DNA of 64,000 nt from Octopus sinensis (Eukaryota): positions 15,624,001 to 15,688,000 of the forward strand of contig NC_043006.1 in the NCBI RefSeq assembly GCF_006345805.1. Reading direction: 5' to 3'. The translations under genes were made by a program, and so were the position numbers. The notes below the pieces were generated by a model. The model was not told the origin of the DNA. It saw nothing but the letters and a program-made list of their open reading frames with translations, and searched no databases. Positions within the stretch are counted from its first letter, which is position 1, and the number at the start of each line of letters is the position of its first letter. This document shows positions 1 to 13,143 of this stretch, in pieces.

Positions 1-337
1 AGATACTACTATGTTTTAATGTTTCTGTCACAATTTCTCTTTGAACTTTATTTTACTTCCAGCTTCTACATAATATTTGGAAGCCTCACTTAGGTTTCCA
101 CCTGCTGTTTGATCTTTGAGAAAGTTGAAGAATAATCCAAACGTAACGTAGTGTTCAAAGTTATATTTTGACATGAAATGTAACTACGTCTTATGTAAAA
201 TTTACAACTTGAGAATTCGGAGTAATAGCAATAAACAACAGATGATTATATATTAACTGCAAGAAATAAAACCAGACGCTAATCTTTAGGCGTTAATTTT
301 CATTGAGATTATAATCTTTATATTCTATCTTTGGAAA

Positions 338-692
338 TCACAGCTGGCAGAGGAAATGATGCCATTTTATGTCTAATGGCTGGTGGAGGATCATGTACTT
401 CGAAGACATAGGCTTAACTTTTGATGGTTTATTGACCGATATATTAAATTCTAGAAGATGCTCCATATAACCAGGACAAAATAGAATCAATGCCTTTGCA
501 ACTTGCATCATGAAGTTGAAAATATCGAACGAAGTTAAAATGGGAAGCATTTTACACCTTTCCCGCCTGATTGCATCCTTAAATATTCTCCCTTTTGAAA
601 TCATATTCCTTATATACTGGTGAGCACAAAAGTCACGAGGGAGGCTGAGGTCAAAGAAGTGGCAGAAAGGTGGCTTCATATTACTTTGAATG
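338..692 (-). pseudogene. Possible tyrosine-kinase-like (pseudo)kinase fragment, subdomains IV-VIII
   Basis: The 113-aa non-repetitive ORF has, in order, SKGRIFKDAIRRER (cf. SKGxLKDYLR), LTSFDIFNFMMQVAKAL (cf. LTxxDLLxFAxQVAKGM), NISVxxxxxVK (cf. NVLVxxxxxVK) and LDIKW (cf. LPIKW). HRD and DFG are absent. Possible acceptor AG at 694-693. Confidence 0.4.
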
Positions 693-765
693 CTAGGTTA
701 CTGTTGATGTAACTAGACGAATAAACAAATGAATTACCAGAATATTGCAAAACTTTTGATTCAAC

Positions 766-848
766 ACAATACACACACACACGCACATGCATACACATAC
801 ACGCAAACTCACAGACATACACACATGTATATAAGTGAATATCTGCGT

Positions 849-879
<31 letters not shown>

Positions 880-930
880 CACATACACACACACACACAT
901 ATATATATATATATGTATATGTATATATAC
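766..930. repeat. Compound (CA)n/(TA)n microsatellite
   Basis: Directly visible. Confidence 0.95.
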
Positions 931-1173
931 GTGTCTAGTCCTCTGATTTTGCAGTTTGTGTCTAATGAGAAGTTCTCAGTTTTAATGAATATACCTCCTT
1001 TTGCACTGACGTTGAGGTATTTGTCAGATGAAATATTCATTACCATGTCTTGGCTGAAATCATAGCCATTGAAGAAAGCTACAGTCCTGGATCCAAGCGA
1101 AAACCAAATCTACTGGAATCTGGAATGTTAGACGCTCACTGTCCTATGTCAGTTGGTAAGTACGGTGAGTGAT

Positions 1174-1480
1174 GTGGAGGCACATGGCCTAGTGGTTAGA
1201 GCAGCAGACTCGCGGTCGAGGATCGCGGGTTCGAATCTCAGACCGGGCGACGTGTGTGTTTATGAGCGAAGCACCTAAGCTCCACGCGGCTCCGGCAGAA
1301 GGTAATGGTGAAATTCTGCTGACTCTTTCGCTACAACTTTCTCTCACTCTTTCCTCCTGCATCTTGCAGCTCACCTGCGACGGACCGGCGTCCCGTCAAA
1401 GTGGGGAACCTATACGCCAAGGAAACTGGGAAACCGGCCCTTATGAGCCAGGCATGCGAGAAGGAACAAACAATCAACAA
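1174..1480 (+). mobile_element. tRNA-derived SINE (family C here)
   Basis: A-box TGGCCTAGTGG and B-box GGTTCGAATC. Flanked by a 12-bp TSD ACGGTGAG(T/G)GAT at 1162-1173 and 1481-1492. Similar copies at 16423 and 40371. Confidence 0.9.
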
Positions 1481-1984
1481 ACGGTGAGGGATACGTCAAC
1501 GTTTGCATTCTATAGTTGGGAGTACATAAACTGTCGGGCTATGGAGGACTGGTTGGATCCGGATAGCGCTTCAAATACACCGGGTTCGTATAAGATTCAT
1601 GCATAGCGACGAAACTATTCTGCGAAAACTCGTTCGGTATTCAAGTATTGCTCACGTGTCAAATTACGCCGAGCTGCCGTTACAGCTATAGGACGGATCT
1701 CCTCACGATCGTTGTCTGCCTTGAGAAAAGGTAATTTTCCCGTCCTTGATGCAACAGCGAAAGCACCTGTTCGGGGACGGATGCTTTTATGTTAGACCAA
1801 GCTTTCATCGATTTCATTTAAAACAAACAGGCAAAACTGGAAATGGAATCGTGGGGGGTTTTCTTCACGATTAGATTTACTGAAACATGAATGAAAACAG
1901 TAAAGACGCCCTATATCACAGGTAGCACTTGTAGGTCAGAACAAATCGCTAGACAAGGGAGCCACTCCGTCGTAGAAATACTCT

Positions 1985-2160
1985 TCTTCTTTTTCTTCTT
2001 CTTCTTCTTATCATCATCATCATCATCATCATCATCATATCATCATCATCATCATTATCATCATTATTATTATTATTATCATCATTATTATTATTATCAT
2101 CATTATTATCATTATTATTATTATTATTATTATCATTATTATTATTATTATTATTATTCA
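1985..2160. repeat. Compound trinucleotide microsatellite (CTT)/(CAT)/(TAT)
   Basis: Directly visible. Confidence 0.95.
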
Positions 2161-4820
2161 GTAGTTTTATTTTTATAGCGTGCTTTCACTTCACTACCGA
2201 GCGCAGCTCAGTGTGCCTTAGGTATGTGATGTGATTTGTTGTGATGATCTTATTATTATTATTATTATTATCAGAAATAGGAAGAGAACGATGAACAAGT
2301 AGAATCGTTACCGCACCGAACAAAATACTCAGTGGCATTTATTCCGGCCTTACGTTCTGAGTCAAATTCCCAAAAGTCCGACTTCCTCTCGAAGTCGATA
2401 AAATAAATACCAGTTGCTCACTAGGGTAAATTTAGCCGACTGGTCTCCTCCTCGCAAGACTGCTGACCACAATCTCTTGTTAAATTCAATATTCCGAAGT
2501 AGCTGTGGTCGAGAAGAGAACAATGATATCTAAATACTGGGTGTCCCAATATCCCTTTACGCTAAGGAATCGAGTGTTACGACTTCACATTCGTCTGAAA
2601 GAAATTGTCCTCCATTGACGAGATATATCAGCTATTATCATATTCACTTTCGAATCTGTCAAAATGCATTAAGAATGAATATGTAAGTCATCGCAATCTA
2701 CCTACGATTAATTCAAATTGCACAGTAATATTATATCCGTCTATATATTTGATTCCAATACCAAATCTGATAAACTTCAAGAAAATCTCTATTTCCAAAT
2801 TATATTTAACTCTAATTCTGCTTTAACGACAAGCAGTCTCGCTATTCACGTCATGATAATAATATTTAACAGCACGCTATCATCTAATGCCAAATCTAAT
2901 TCGCATATAAAGTATAATCACCTTTTGATAATTTCGAATAATATGCACCATTAAATTGTCCGTCGGGTTAGAAATATTATTTTATAATTAATGCCATGTA
3001 TGATGTATGCGATTAAGTTAGTTACTTATCGAGTCAGGGAGGAATCCTTTGGATGCAAGTAGAGGCGTATTAAGGGGGAATATTCTCTTATCAGGTACCA
3101 GCGATGGTGTTCTGTCATATATCTACAAAGATATACCGATATATGTATTATGTTACTATACTAGAAAGATTTGAGTTCAATATTAACTAAAAAATGTGGT
3201 ATATTATTAATGTATTTTTATCGATACAGCCAAAACCTAAGTGCCATATTGTCAATATTGCTTATTTTAATGCGTTAAAATAATTTTAAGCGCTGAGTGC
3301 AAAAACGGAAATGTGCTAGATTAAATATATTATTTGGTTTGGTTTTGTTGTTCCACATCTTGACTCAGGTTCTACCAGCTTGATTTCAGCTTTCGTCCAC
3401 GAATTCGACAGACAAAAGTTACCGGTTATGTATTTATGGTTCATTAAATTGATTACACACCCTCAATTTACATATTTATGGTGTTGAATTTGTGCCATAG
3501 AAAAAAATCACCTTTATAATGCTTTATAAAATGCCACTTACGTTATTTTGATTTCTGGATAGTAAAAATTCATAGAATATTTGCGATTATCATACAGGAA
3601 TAAATTTAAGTTATATATTATACAAGAATAAATTTTAAATGTATATCGTACATTTTAAGTTTCATACAAGAATAAGTTTCATACATTTTATGATACAGGG
3701 ATAATCTTAAAATGTATATCGTCACTTTGGCTTACATATTTAACTAAAAGCTTTGTAGTAAATAAGAAATGAAAATATTCACTGATTACTAATTGATGTC
3801 GAAGGGATTAGTAAAACAATTTTGAAAATCATAAACAGGCTAAACATTCATCTCGATTTAGTTATGTTTAAGAAAACATTAATAATCTCATGGGATCCCC
3901 CCATAGCTATGCTAATTAACGTGTTTCACAACTGCTTTCATAATAAATTGATAAAACCTCTGGTAAAATATTAAAAGACACTTAGTCTTTTGGAAGACTA
4001 AATGAGAACACATATATTATGTTATTTGTTGTAGTCATTGGACTTCGGTGAAACTGGAGGCATCGCTTCAGAGTGCAGCGTTTTAGTCGAGCAAATCGAC
4101 CACAGTACATGTTTTTAAATTTGGTACTTACATTATCAGTGTCTTTGGTGTAACTGTTAAGCTAAGGAAATGTGAAACCAGCACGGGTTGTCAAGCGGGG
4201 AAGGCAAACTGACACTTTGTCGTTTACGACGTCGGTGGCTCAAGTTGATCCGCTCAACGAAACAGCCTGTTCTTGAAATTAACGCGCAAGTGACAGAGCA
4301 CTCCACAGATACTCGTACTTTTTAACATAGTTCTCAGAGATTCAGCATGACAGAATGTGACAAGGCTTGTTCTTTAAAATACAGTACAATTTATTTCTGA
4401 GTATCGAAATCATGACCTTACTATTTTCAACCGATCATCCTAAACACTTAGCTACGTATCTTCAGTGGGGAGGCAAGCACAAACACAAAGACAGACAGAC
4501 TCTCTCTATATATATCTATCTCTCTCTCTTTATCTCTCTCTCTTTCTCTCTCTTTCTCTCTAACACATGCACACACGCACGGACAAACGCGGATACAGGC
4601 ATATTCGACGGGTCTCCAAACAGTCGCTGTTTACCAAATTCACCCGCAAGGTATTGGTTGGTGGGAGACCTTTGTAGAAAACACACGCCCAAGGTTTCAC
4701 TTATTGAGAATGAAGCTGAAAGCACATGCTTGCGAAATTTGCTTCTTAAGCAAAAATCCATATACATACATATATACATACCTACATATATGTGTGCACT
4801 TATATATGTATGTATGTATG

Positions 4821-4902
<82 letters not shown>

Positions 4903-5206
4903 CATCTCTTATGCAAAGTCAGAATTCCAGGATCTGGAATTATCCAGAAAAAAAACTTTTTTGCTAGTTTATTTGTCGCTCTGCCTTCTCTCCTGGTGCT
5001 ATATGAACATTTAATGTGGCTTTAGAGTCAGGTTTTGACTGCTATTTCAGCCTGGTGGTATCTCTCAGATAACATAAATTATAATTTTAAATAATTATTA
5101 CCTTAGTAAGGTTTTTATTCCCATGCTGGCCACTTGATAAGATCGATATTTAAATATCGATCTTATCCTCATTTATATAAATATACATACATTCATACAT
5201 ACATAT

Positions 5207-5261
<55 letters not shown>

Positions 5262-5444
5262 CATACATACTTACATGCATACATACATACATACATACAT
5301 ACATACATACGTACATACATACATACATACAACATACATACATACATACATACATACACATACATACATACATATACATACATATATACATACATACATA
5401 CATACATACATATACATATATATATATATATATACATACACGTG

Positions 5445-5770
5445 AAAGGCGGATGGCTCAGTGGTTTGAGCGTCGGGCTCACAATCACGAGGCAGTGAGT
5501 TTGATTCCCGGACCAGAGTGTGGGTGTGTTGTGTTTTGGTGCATGTTTCATTTCACTCAGCTGTAGAAATGAGTTACGACGTCACAGGTGCCAAGCTGTA
5601 TCAGCCTTTACCTTTTCCTTGGATAACATCAGTGGCATGGAGAGGAGAGGCTGGCATGCATAGGCAACTGCTGGTCTTCCATAAACAACCTCGCCCGGAC
5701 TTGCATCTCGGAGGGGAATGCTCTAGGTCCAATTCCATGGTCATTTACGACCGAAGGGGTCTTTTACCAT
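5445..5770 (+). mobile_element. tRNA-derived SINE-like element (family D here)
   Basis: Head with A-box-like TGGCTCAGTGG and B-box-like AGTTTGATTCC, followed by a non-tRNA body. Confidence 0.55.
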
Positions 5771-5825
5771 TTTTGTATAGATACACACATATATATGTGT
5801 GTATGTATATTTGTATATATACATA

Positions 5826-6744
5826 CAGGGTGTCCATAAAGTCTCTTTACAATTAAAAAAACTATTACAAAGGAAGTTGATGAGATATTTTAACCAGATT
5901 TATTTTATTTTAATAATTGTTTATTAAAGTTTGTATTGATATTAAATTTTTGTGTTTCAGATACTCTGTTGAAGGAAGGGAACTGATTCACTGAACCTCT
6001 ATAAAATGAGGATGAAGCATTCCTCAAGCCAGTTTGTTTTAGTGACGAGGCGACTTTTCATGTTTCAGGGAAATTAAACAGACACAATGTGAGAATCTGG
6101 GGATCAGAACACCCCCATGTAACTAGGGAGCTTCAACGGAATAGTCCAAAAGTGAATGTGTGGTGTGGAATCATGTGCAATCGAATAATTGGTCCATTTT
6201 CCTTCAACGAGGCAACAATTACTGCATATATTTACCTCGGCCTTCTGACCGAATATGTGGCACCACAACTGATTGATTTACAACCAACCATCATTCTCTA
6301 GCAAGATGGTGCACCACCACATTGGGGATGGCATGTTCATCAGTTCAATCAAACCTTTTCAGACCGATGGATTGGAAGGGATGGGCCAATTCCATGGCCA
6401 CCGCGTTCGCCAGACATCACTCCTTTGGACTTCTTTTTATGGGGTTATGTAAAAGATATCGTGTATCAAAACAAAGATACGGGACATTGCTGACTTGAAG
6501 CAAAGGATTCGTAATACCATTGCCACCGTTGATGGGGCTATCCCACAGCGAACATGGCAAGAAGTTGAGTACCATCTTGATGTGCGTCATGCAACTAATG
6601 GTACCCATATTGAGGTCTATTAAATAACAGTTAAAAAAACTTTAATAAACAATTATTACAATAAAACAAATCTGGTTAAGATATCCTGTCAACTACCTTT
6701 GTAATAAAATTTCAAAATTGTAAAGAGACTTTATGGACACCCTG
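5826..6744 (+). mobile_element. Tc1/mariner superfamily element (rosa/DD41D-like), internally deleted
   Basis: About 110-bp imperfect TIRs beginning CAGGGTGTCCATAAAGTCTCTTTACAATT, TA at both ends (5824-5825, 6745-6746), and a transposase remnant inside. Confidence 0.95.
6008..6623 (+). pseudogene. Transposase catalytic domain remnant
   Basis: FSDEATFH...VNVWCG...QDGAPPH...WPPRSPDITPLDFFLWGYVK. There are 40 residues between the 2nd and 3rd Asp (41 expected for rosa), a TAG at 6299-6301, one frameshift near 6470, and no N-terminal HTH region. Confidence 0.9.
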
Positions 6745-7413
6745 TATATATACATATACACATACACATAGATTAAATATATATAAACTTAACATAGATG
6801 CATATTTATGTATGTACTAACAAAGTTGTTGGCGTTAGTGTAGTTGTATGGCTATTAGTGTATAGCTTATTTCTGATGTCTGTAATTATTCACAATACTC
6901 AAAGCATTCGCACTTTCTTCTCACCTATTTAAAGAGGAAATTGCAAACAACCGTTGTGGGAATTAAATTCCACCATTCTCATAGTAGCCATGTTGAATAG
7001 AATTTCTTACATAAAGATTCAAATAGTGATCAATAAAATGTCTACCTCTAAACGAAAATGGTGGGGGTTATTCGTAAAAATATCATCCTCTGACTTCATA
7101 TAATTCTAATAGTATAAGCAAAACGAATCTAAATTGTTTATGGTATTTCGCTTCTTTTATATAATGTTATTTGTAAACAATAGGTTTTCATGGTAAAAAT
7201 TTTCCAGTAGATCCGTAACTGGATCATTGTAATTGAGTGGGCGGAAGTGATAATGGGGTGTTTGTAACTGGATGCAAAAGAAATATAGCAAAACACTTCC
7301 TTTAGAAAGCTATGGGTTTCCAGTTTTCTCATTGTGGTTTATTTTACCGGTATATATTACAGATTATGCATACATGCAAACGCACATTAATACAACCCCA
7401 CCATACACGCACG

Positions 7414-7448
<35 letters not shown>

Positions 7449-7452
<4 letters not shown>

Positions 7453-7578
7453 AAATTTAAAGGACTGACCACTAAAAGTGGACGGTCAACATGCTAGATA
7501 TAGATTTATAGCGATTTTGACGTCTATATCTAGCATGTTGACCGTCCACTTTTAGTGGTCAGTATTTTAAATTTTGTA
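7449..7578. repeat. Inverted repeat, ~56-bp arms
   Basis: TACAAAATTTAA..GACCACTAAAAGTGGACGGTCAACATGCTAGATATAGA is mirrored at 7523-7578. Confidence 0.9.
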
Positions 7579-7691
7579 TGTAAAAATATTTTAATCTTCG
7601 GATTTTTTTAATATGCTAGGCCACTGGTTTTAATTGGTTAATATCAATTTCTACCCTTATTAAATTTTATATATATATATATATATATATG

Positions 7692-7847
7692 TACAAGCTT
7701 CTTTCAGTTTCCGCCTACCAAATCTATTTACAAGGCTTTGATCTACCTGAGGCTATGGCAGAAAACACTTGCCTAAGGTTACACGGAGTGGGACTGAACT
7801 ATGTGGTTGGTAAGCAAGCTACTTATCACATAGTCACTCCTGCGCCT
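7692..7847 (-). mobile_element. SINE family A, 5' part
   Basis: Reverse complement of the GCAGGAGTGGCTGTGTGGTAAG...GAAAGAAGC head seen at 9861 and elsewhere. Confidence 0.8.
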
Positions 7848-9457
7848 TTTGGAAGACGGGCACTGAAAGAAACCTGTTGTATATGTGTGTGTGTGTGTGT
7901 GCGTGTGTGTGTCTGTGTTTGTTCCCCCAATATCGCTTGACAACCGGAGCATTGTAGTTCGCTACACGCATTGTGTCTTGCTTGTAAAATATAATGTATC
8001 TCGAATGACACAACAATGCACTATAATAACAATAATGGACTATAATGACTGTTATAATTTAATTATCCATAGTCTGATATAGTAATAATATTTTGGAATG
8101 CAAAAATTTCTCTTTCAGATATCGCTAGGAGTTGTTCGAGTCACTGTTACAATGGGTTTCCAACGGTTACTGAATTTTTTTTCTGGAAGCGTCTCCATTT
8201 GTACACCAAATACTTAGCTTCGTGAAGGCAGAGTGTAGTAACGCAAATGTATCTATGAACATTGTTAGGGTACCCTTAGTCACAACTATATGGCATTATG
8301 TAACAATGCAAAAGTGTCTTCAAACATTCTTAGTGTACGCTTATTCAGAATCAGACGGCAGAATGTGGTAATATAAATGTATTTAAAACATTACTAGGTG
8401 TTATAACAAGGTATCACATAACAGTTATGCTACCCTTGGATATTTTCGTTGTTAATGAATGTTGATTGGTTTTAATCGTTCCTTGGTCTTTGTTGGTAAC
8501 TTGAATACTTTATGTACTGTTTATGTATATTTTTTTAACCTTCATCGCCTTTGTCGACATTGAACAAACATCTTAAACTTGAAACCTTTTATATTTGTTC
8601 TCAACGATATAGCTAATTCTTACGTTAAGAAAGAAACTCGATGAATTTCTTGAACTATGATAAGATAATAAATGTAATATGAAGATGTTAACGAATTTAA
8701 AAAGGAGATTAAAGAGAATACGAATTCATTACATACAAGAAAGAAAACTGCAAACGCACACACATACACACGTATATTCAAACACACACACAAACACACA
8801 CACACACACACACAACACGCACACACACAACACAGGCAATAAGTCATTTACACAAAATCCTCTACTATATAACTTAAATAAATATGAAACTTTATACTGT
8901 TAGACACTTTCAAAACTATTGAAATATAATTCGAATAAAATAAATATTTATTGAGCCAATGAATAAGAAAAATATAAAATCCCATATCATGTGACGCTCT
9001 CGAAAATATTGAAACGCAGCTCTTTTAAAATAAATATTTATTCAATCAAAACAGTCAGATATATTGAGCAAAATTGTAATGTCAGAAAGTAGAGAAATGG
9101 TAAAGAAATAAGCATGCATATGATATTGCCCACCTGTTGAAACATCGAAGCTCTCCTGCATGTGTAGCTACACATGGATGAAGCTTCTATAATGTACTAC
9201 TACGCTGGATAAGGATGTTTGTATCTGTCAGTTACAGATTTGTCGATTTGCCGAGATTTGTCTAAATATGATATATTCTTGTGAAATACCACAAATAACC
9301 TTATCTAAATAGAAAGGTTCAGGTAAAAATTCTTCAATAATACTTGTGTGGTTTGTATTAGCAAAAAGATATTTTTCATCTTACAGATGCAGAAAACAAC
9401 TGAGGACCAAGGGATGGATCTAATTCCACCGTGTGCTGCTATGTGTTATTAACGACG

Positions 9458-9523
9458 GCAGTAGTAGTAGTAGTAGTAGTGGTGGTGGTGGTGATGGTGG
9501 TAGTAGTAGTAGTGGTGGTGGTG

Positions 9524-9556
<33 letters not shown>

Positions 9557-9580
9557 ATAGTAGTAGTAGTAGTAGTAGTA
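9458..9580. repeat. (TAG)n/(TGG)n microsatellite
   Basis: Directly visible. Confidence 0.95.
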
Positions 9581-9860
9581 ACTTTAATTTGAGAGACAAA
9601 TGAGTGGCTAAAATATTTATTGCCTGGAAATTAGAGAAGCCACAATAAAACCATTTCTACCAGCATTTCACCCAGAAATGATGCATTTTGTATAGATACG
9701 GGCTAATTTACAGATCTTGTGGAATATTATAATGGTGAATATTAAAAAAGTGTTATTCAATCTTTTTATTTTTATTTTTTTTGTTTGCATTTGATAATAT
9801 ATTATGTAAAATAACAAACGGTTTATCGCTGATGGTAACTTGTTAAAATTGTTCAAGATA

Positions 9861-10041
9861 GGCGAAGGAGTGGCTGTGTGGTAAGTAGCTTGCTTACCGA
9901 CCAGATGGTTCCGGGTTCAGTCCAACTGCATGGCACCTTGGGCAAGTGTCTTCTGCTATAGCCTCGCGCCGACCAGAGCCTTTTGAGTGGATTTGGTAGA
10001 CGGAAACTGAAAGAAGCCCGTAGTTTATATGTATATATATA

Positions 10042-10099
<58 letters not shown>

Positions 10100-10329
10100 T
10101 ATATGAGGGTGTGTGTGTGTGTATGTGTCTGTGTTTGTCCCCCAACATCGCTTGACAATCGATGCCGGTGTGTTTACGTCATCGTAACTTAGCGGTTCGG
10201 CAAAAGAGACCGATATAATAAGTACTAGGCTTACAAAGAATAAGTCCTGCGGTTGATTTGCTCGACTAAAGGCGGTGCTTCAGCATGGCCGCAGTCAAAG
10301 GACTGAAACAAGTAAAAGAGTAAAAGAGT
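9861..10329 (+). mobile_element. SINE family A, full length, with internal microsatellite
   Basis: tRNA-like head (GGTTCAGTCC B-box), ACCTTGGGCAAGT motif shared with CORE-SINEs, internal (TA)n/(TG)n, and a (GTAAAAGA)n tail. More than 10 copies in the window. Confidence 0.9.
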
Positions 10330-10988
10330 ATATAATTTCAAACATTTTCAAAGGTTTACTAACCACAAATCTATCCACAATTTGTTGAGATATATTTTCA
10401 ATTGAGCATACTTTCAGTTTAATGAGTAAATTAGTGTCCATTGAAAATATCCATCTTTCTGTAAATTTGCGCCTAACCATAGAGTCTGTGTGACGATTAA
10501 TTTGTATGGTACTGTAATTGTAATGTCTCTATAATTCTATTGCAACCGGTTACTTTAGCGACATGACATATCTTAAGTGGACATTGAAATCACTTTGTAT
10601 AAAGAAAGTATTTGAGAAGACAAAAGAAATTGAAAAGGAATTAAAAGCTGAAAACACATGATATTTCAAAAATATTCTGTGTTTATTCAAATAAAGACGT
10701 GCTTTTTAATGTTTGCACTGCTATCAGCTCCGGCAGTTCTTTTCAAAGCTACAAGCAGTATATGTTGACTAAAGAATTTAAATGAATTAATGGGACTATA
10801 TTGACAATAGTAAAATCAATTCGATTTTGATATTCTAATACTTTATTAAAAAAAAAGGCTGGACCGTTTTATCTATTCAGCAGGCTAGATAAAACGGCCT
10901 AGCTTTTTTTTTTACGTAGCCTAACAATAGCAAAAGCAATTCTAAGTCCTTATACTTATAATAGAATAAAGAAACTTAGAAGTTAACA

Positions 10989-11216
10989 TATTTTTTTACT
11001 ACCCACAAGGGGCTAAACACAGAGAGGACAGACAAACAGATTAAGTCGATTATATCGACCCCAGTGTGTAACTGGTACTTAATTTATCGACACCGAAAGG
11101 ATGAAAGGCAAAGTCGACCTCGCCGGAATTTGAACTCAGAACGTAACGGCAGATGAAATACGGCTACGCACTTCGTCCGGCGTGCTAACGGTTTTGCCAG
11201 CTCGCTGCCTTATAAG
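10989..11216 (-). mobile_element. SINE family B
   Basis: GGCAGCGAGCTGGCA...GAGTTCAAATTCC head on the minus strand. 16-bp TSD AACTTAGAAGTTAACA at 10973-10988 and 11217-11232. Confidence 0.92.
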
Positions 11217-11250
11217 AACTTAGAAGTTAACAGTTATCGCCAAGCTAATA

Positions 11251-11549
11251 TGGCAGTCCATAAATATAAGACTAAAGCTGCCGTTGATTAGCTCCAAGAG
11301 GCCATCGCCTCTGGCTAGCTATATGACACACGAACCTGTGTCCATTATAACCTTCGAACAGGGAAGGTCAGCCGCTTCCCCTTGCTGGTCAGGCATCTGA
11401 CCAGCACGTCTTTTAAAAGACGTGTTACAAAACCTCCCCTGTTCGAAGGTTATAATGGACACATGTTCGTGTGTCATATAGCTAGCTAAAGGCGATGGCC
11501 TCTTGGAGCTAATCAACGGCAGCTTTAGTCTTATATTTATACACTGCCA
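11251..11549. mobile_element. MITE with ~118-bp TIRs
   Basis: TIRs at 11251-11368 and 11432-11549, a 63-bp spacer, and TA at both ends. Confidence 0.85.
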
Positions 11550-12827
11550 TATATGTCTTATATTTATAGACTGCATATAGTCTTATATAAGGCGATAACT
11601 GTTAATTTCCAGTACCGCTGCCGTAGTCTCCTTTAGAGAGACTTAGAAATTTTAATATTTCTATTAACTTAGAAGTTCTTATCCATGAATATAAATCTTC
11701 AGAATGCTTGAAGGAAGTTGAGTACAGGGCGTGGTTGCTGACAGATGTAATCATAGTAAAGTTTAAAGAATGTAATATATTTCTATTTGTTTGTCATCAG
11801 TTTCGTTACTCTTTTATTCGTTTCAGCTTAACAGCTGCGGTCATGTTGGGGCACCCTGATGTAAAGAATTCGAATTTCTTTTAAAAGACGTGTTACAAAA
11901 ATATTAATTCGAGTTACTAAGGCTACAGTTTTAATAGTGAATCTTGAATTCATACTACGGTTAATGTTATCTACGGAGGTGTTTGTATGGGCCTACTAGA
12001 ATGAAATTATAAATTGAACATCACAAATACAAAAGTAGAAACAATTAAATATGATATGTGTAAGCCTCTGAAGTGAATGGTAATGTTGCTACAATATGGA
12101 ATATCTTGCATTTAATTCTGATGTTCTGAAATGGAACTGACTACACACTGAGTGCAATAGAATAGTATTTTAGAATCATTAAGTATAAACAGTATTGAAA
12201 TTGTTTCAGTTACGTCCAATAAAAAGACCTAATGAACATACGCGCTTGGAATACTATTAGATTAAAATTCTGGTGTCTACAGCATTCATAATACATACAT
12301 GCAAACGTAGAACGGCAATATGTTATCTGAGAAGAAGCTTCTCAAGCTGACTTGATCGCCAGATACGGCGTTCAAAGCTGATCAGGTCTCCTCTGTGCTA
12401 AGCCGAAAACGCTTGTTCCCATATAAAAATGAGTAAGCAAAATATTTACCTAAGAAAGCTAACCAGGCTAGAGTTCCAATTTGAATCATTTGACAATTGT
12501 TATTTATGCGATTTTATGTAAATTTCGTTATAAATTACTCTTACTATCAAGATACAGTAACTGTTCAACAAGGATTACTGGAGATGTTATGAATATTATT
12601 AAAAGCGAGTTATGCGTATACAAGTGAGATATCAATAAAATATTTTTATTTAATTACTAACAAATATTAGAAAATCATTTTTAAGTAATTCATATTTCTT
12701 AATTTAGAAACGCTTTTGAAGATCAAACACTTTGTAGATTATTGAAAAAAAAACAGCAAAATATATTTCTTTAAATAAATATTTGCTAGTACAATATTGA
12801 TTTATTGATTACACTGATATATATATA

Positions 12828-12901
<74 letters not shown>

Positions 12902-12920
12902 ATATATATATAATATATAT

Positions 12921-13082
12921 GTCATGGCTGTGTGTATGGTAAGGAGCTTGCTTCCCAACCACACGGTTCCGAGTTCAGTCCCGCTGCGTGGCACCTTTGG
13001 GACGTATCTTCTGCTATTGACTCGGGCTGACCAAAATCTTGCGAGTGGATTTGGTAGATAGAAACTGAAAGAAGCCTGTCGT
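12921..13082 (+). mobile_element. SINE family A, 5' part
   Basis: Matches the head and core of the 9861 copy and ends in the internal (TA)n. Confidence 0.85.
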
Positions 13083-13090
13083 ATATATAT

Positions 13091-13143
<53 letters not shown>

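Noticed and set aside
955-1155. Plus-strand exon with TTTTGCAG acceptor and GTAAGT donor
   Set aside because: All three frames contain stops. It could only be non-coding and cannot be supported from sequence alone.
1174-1255. tRNA genes at SINE heads (also 16423, 9861, 16978 and others)
   Set aside because: A and B boxes are present, but the heads run into SINE bodies, lack a clean acceptor stem, and several have TSDs.
9386-9455. Terminal-exon candidate after TTTTTCATCTTACAG (could read CRKQLRTKGWI*)
   Set aside because: Too short to recognise and no linked upstream exon. Such acceptors are common in AT-rich DNA.
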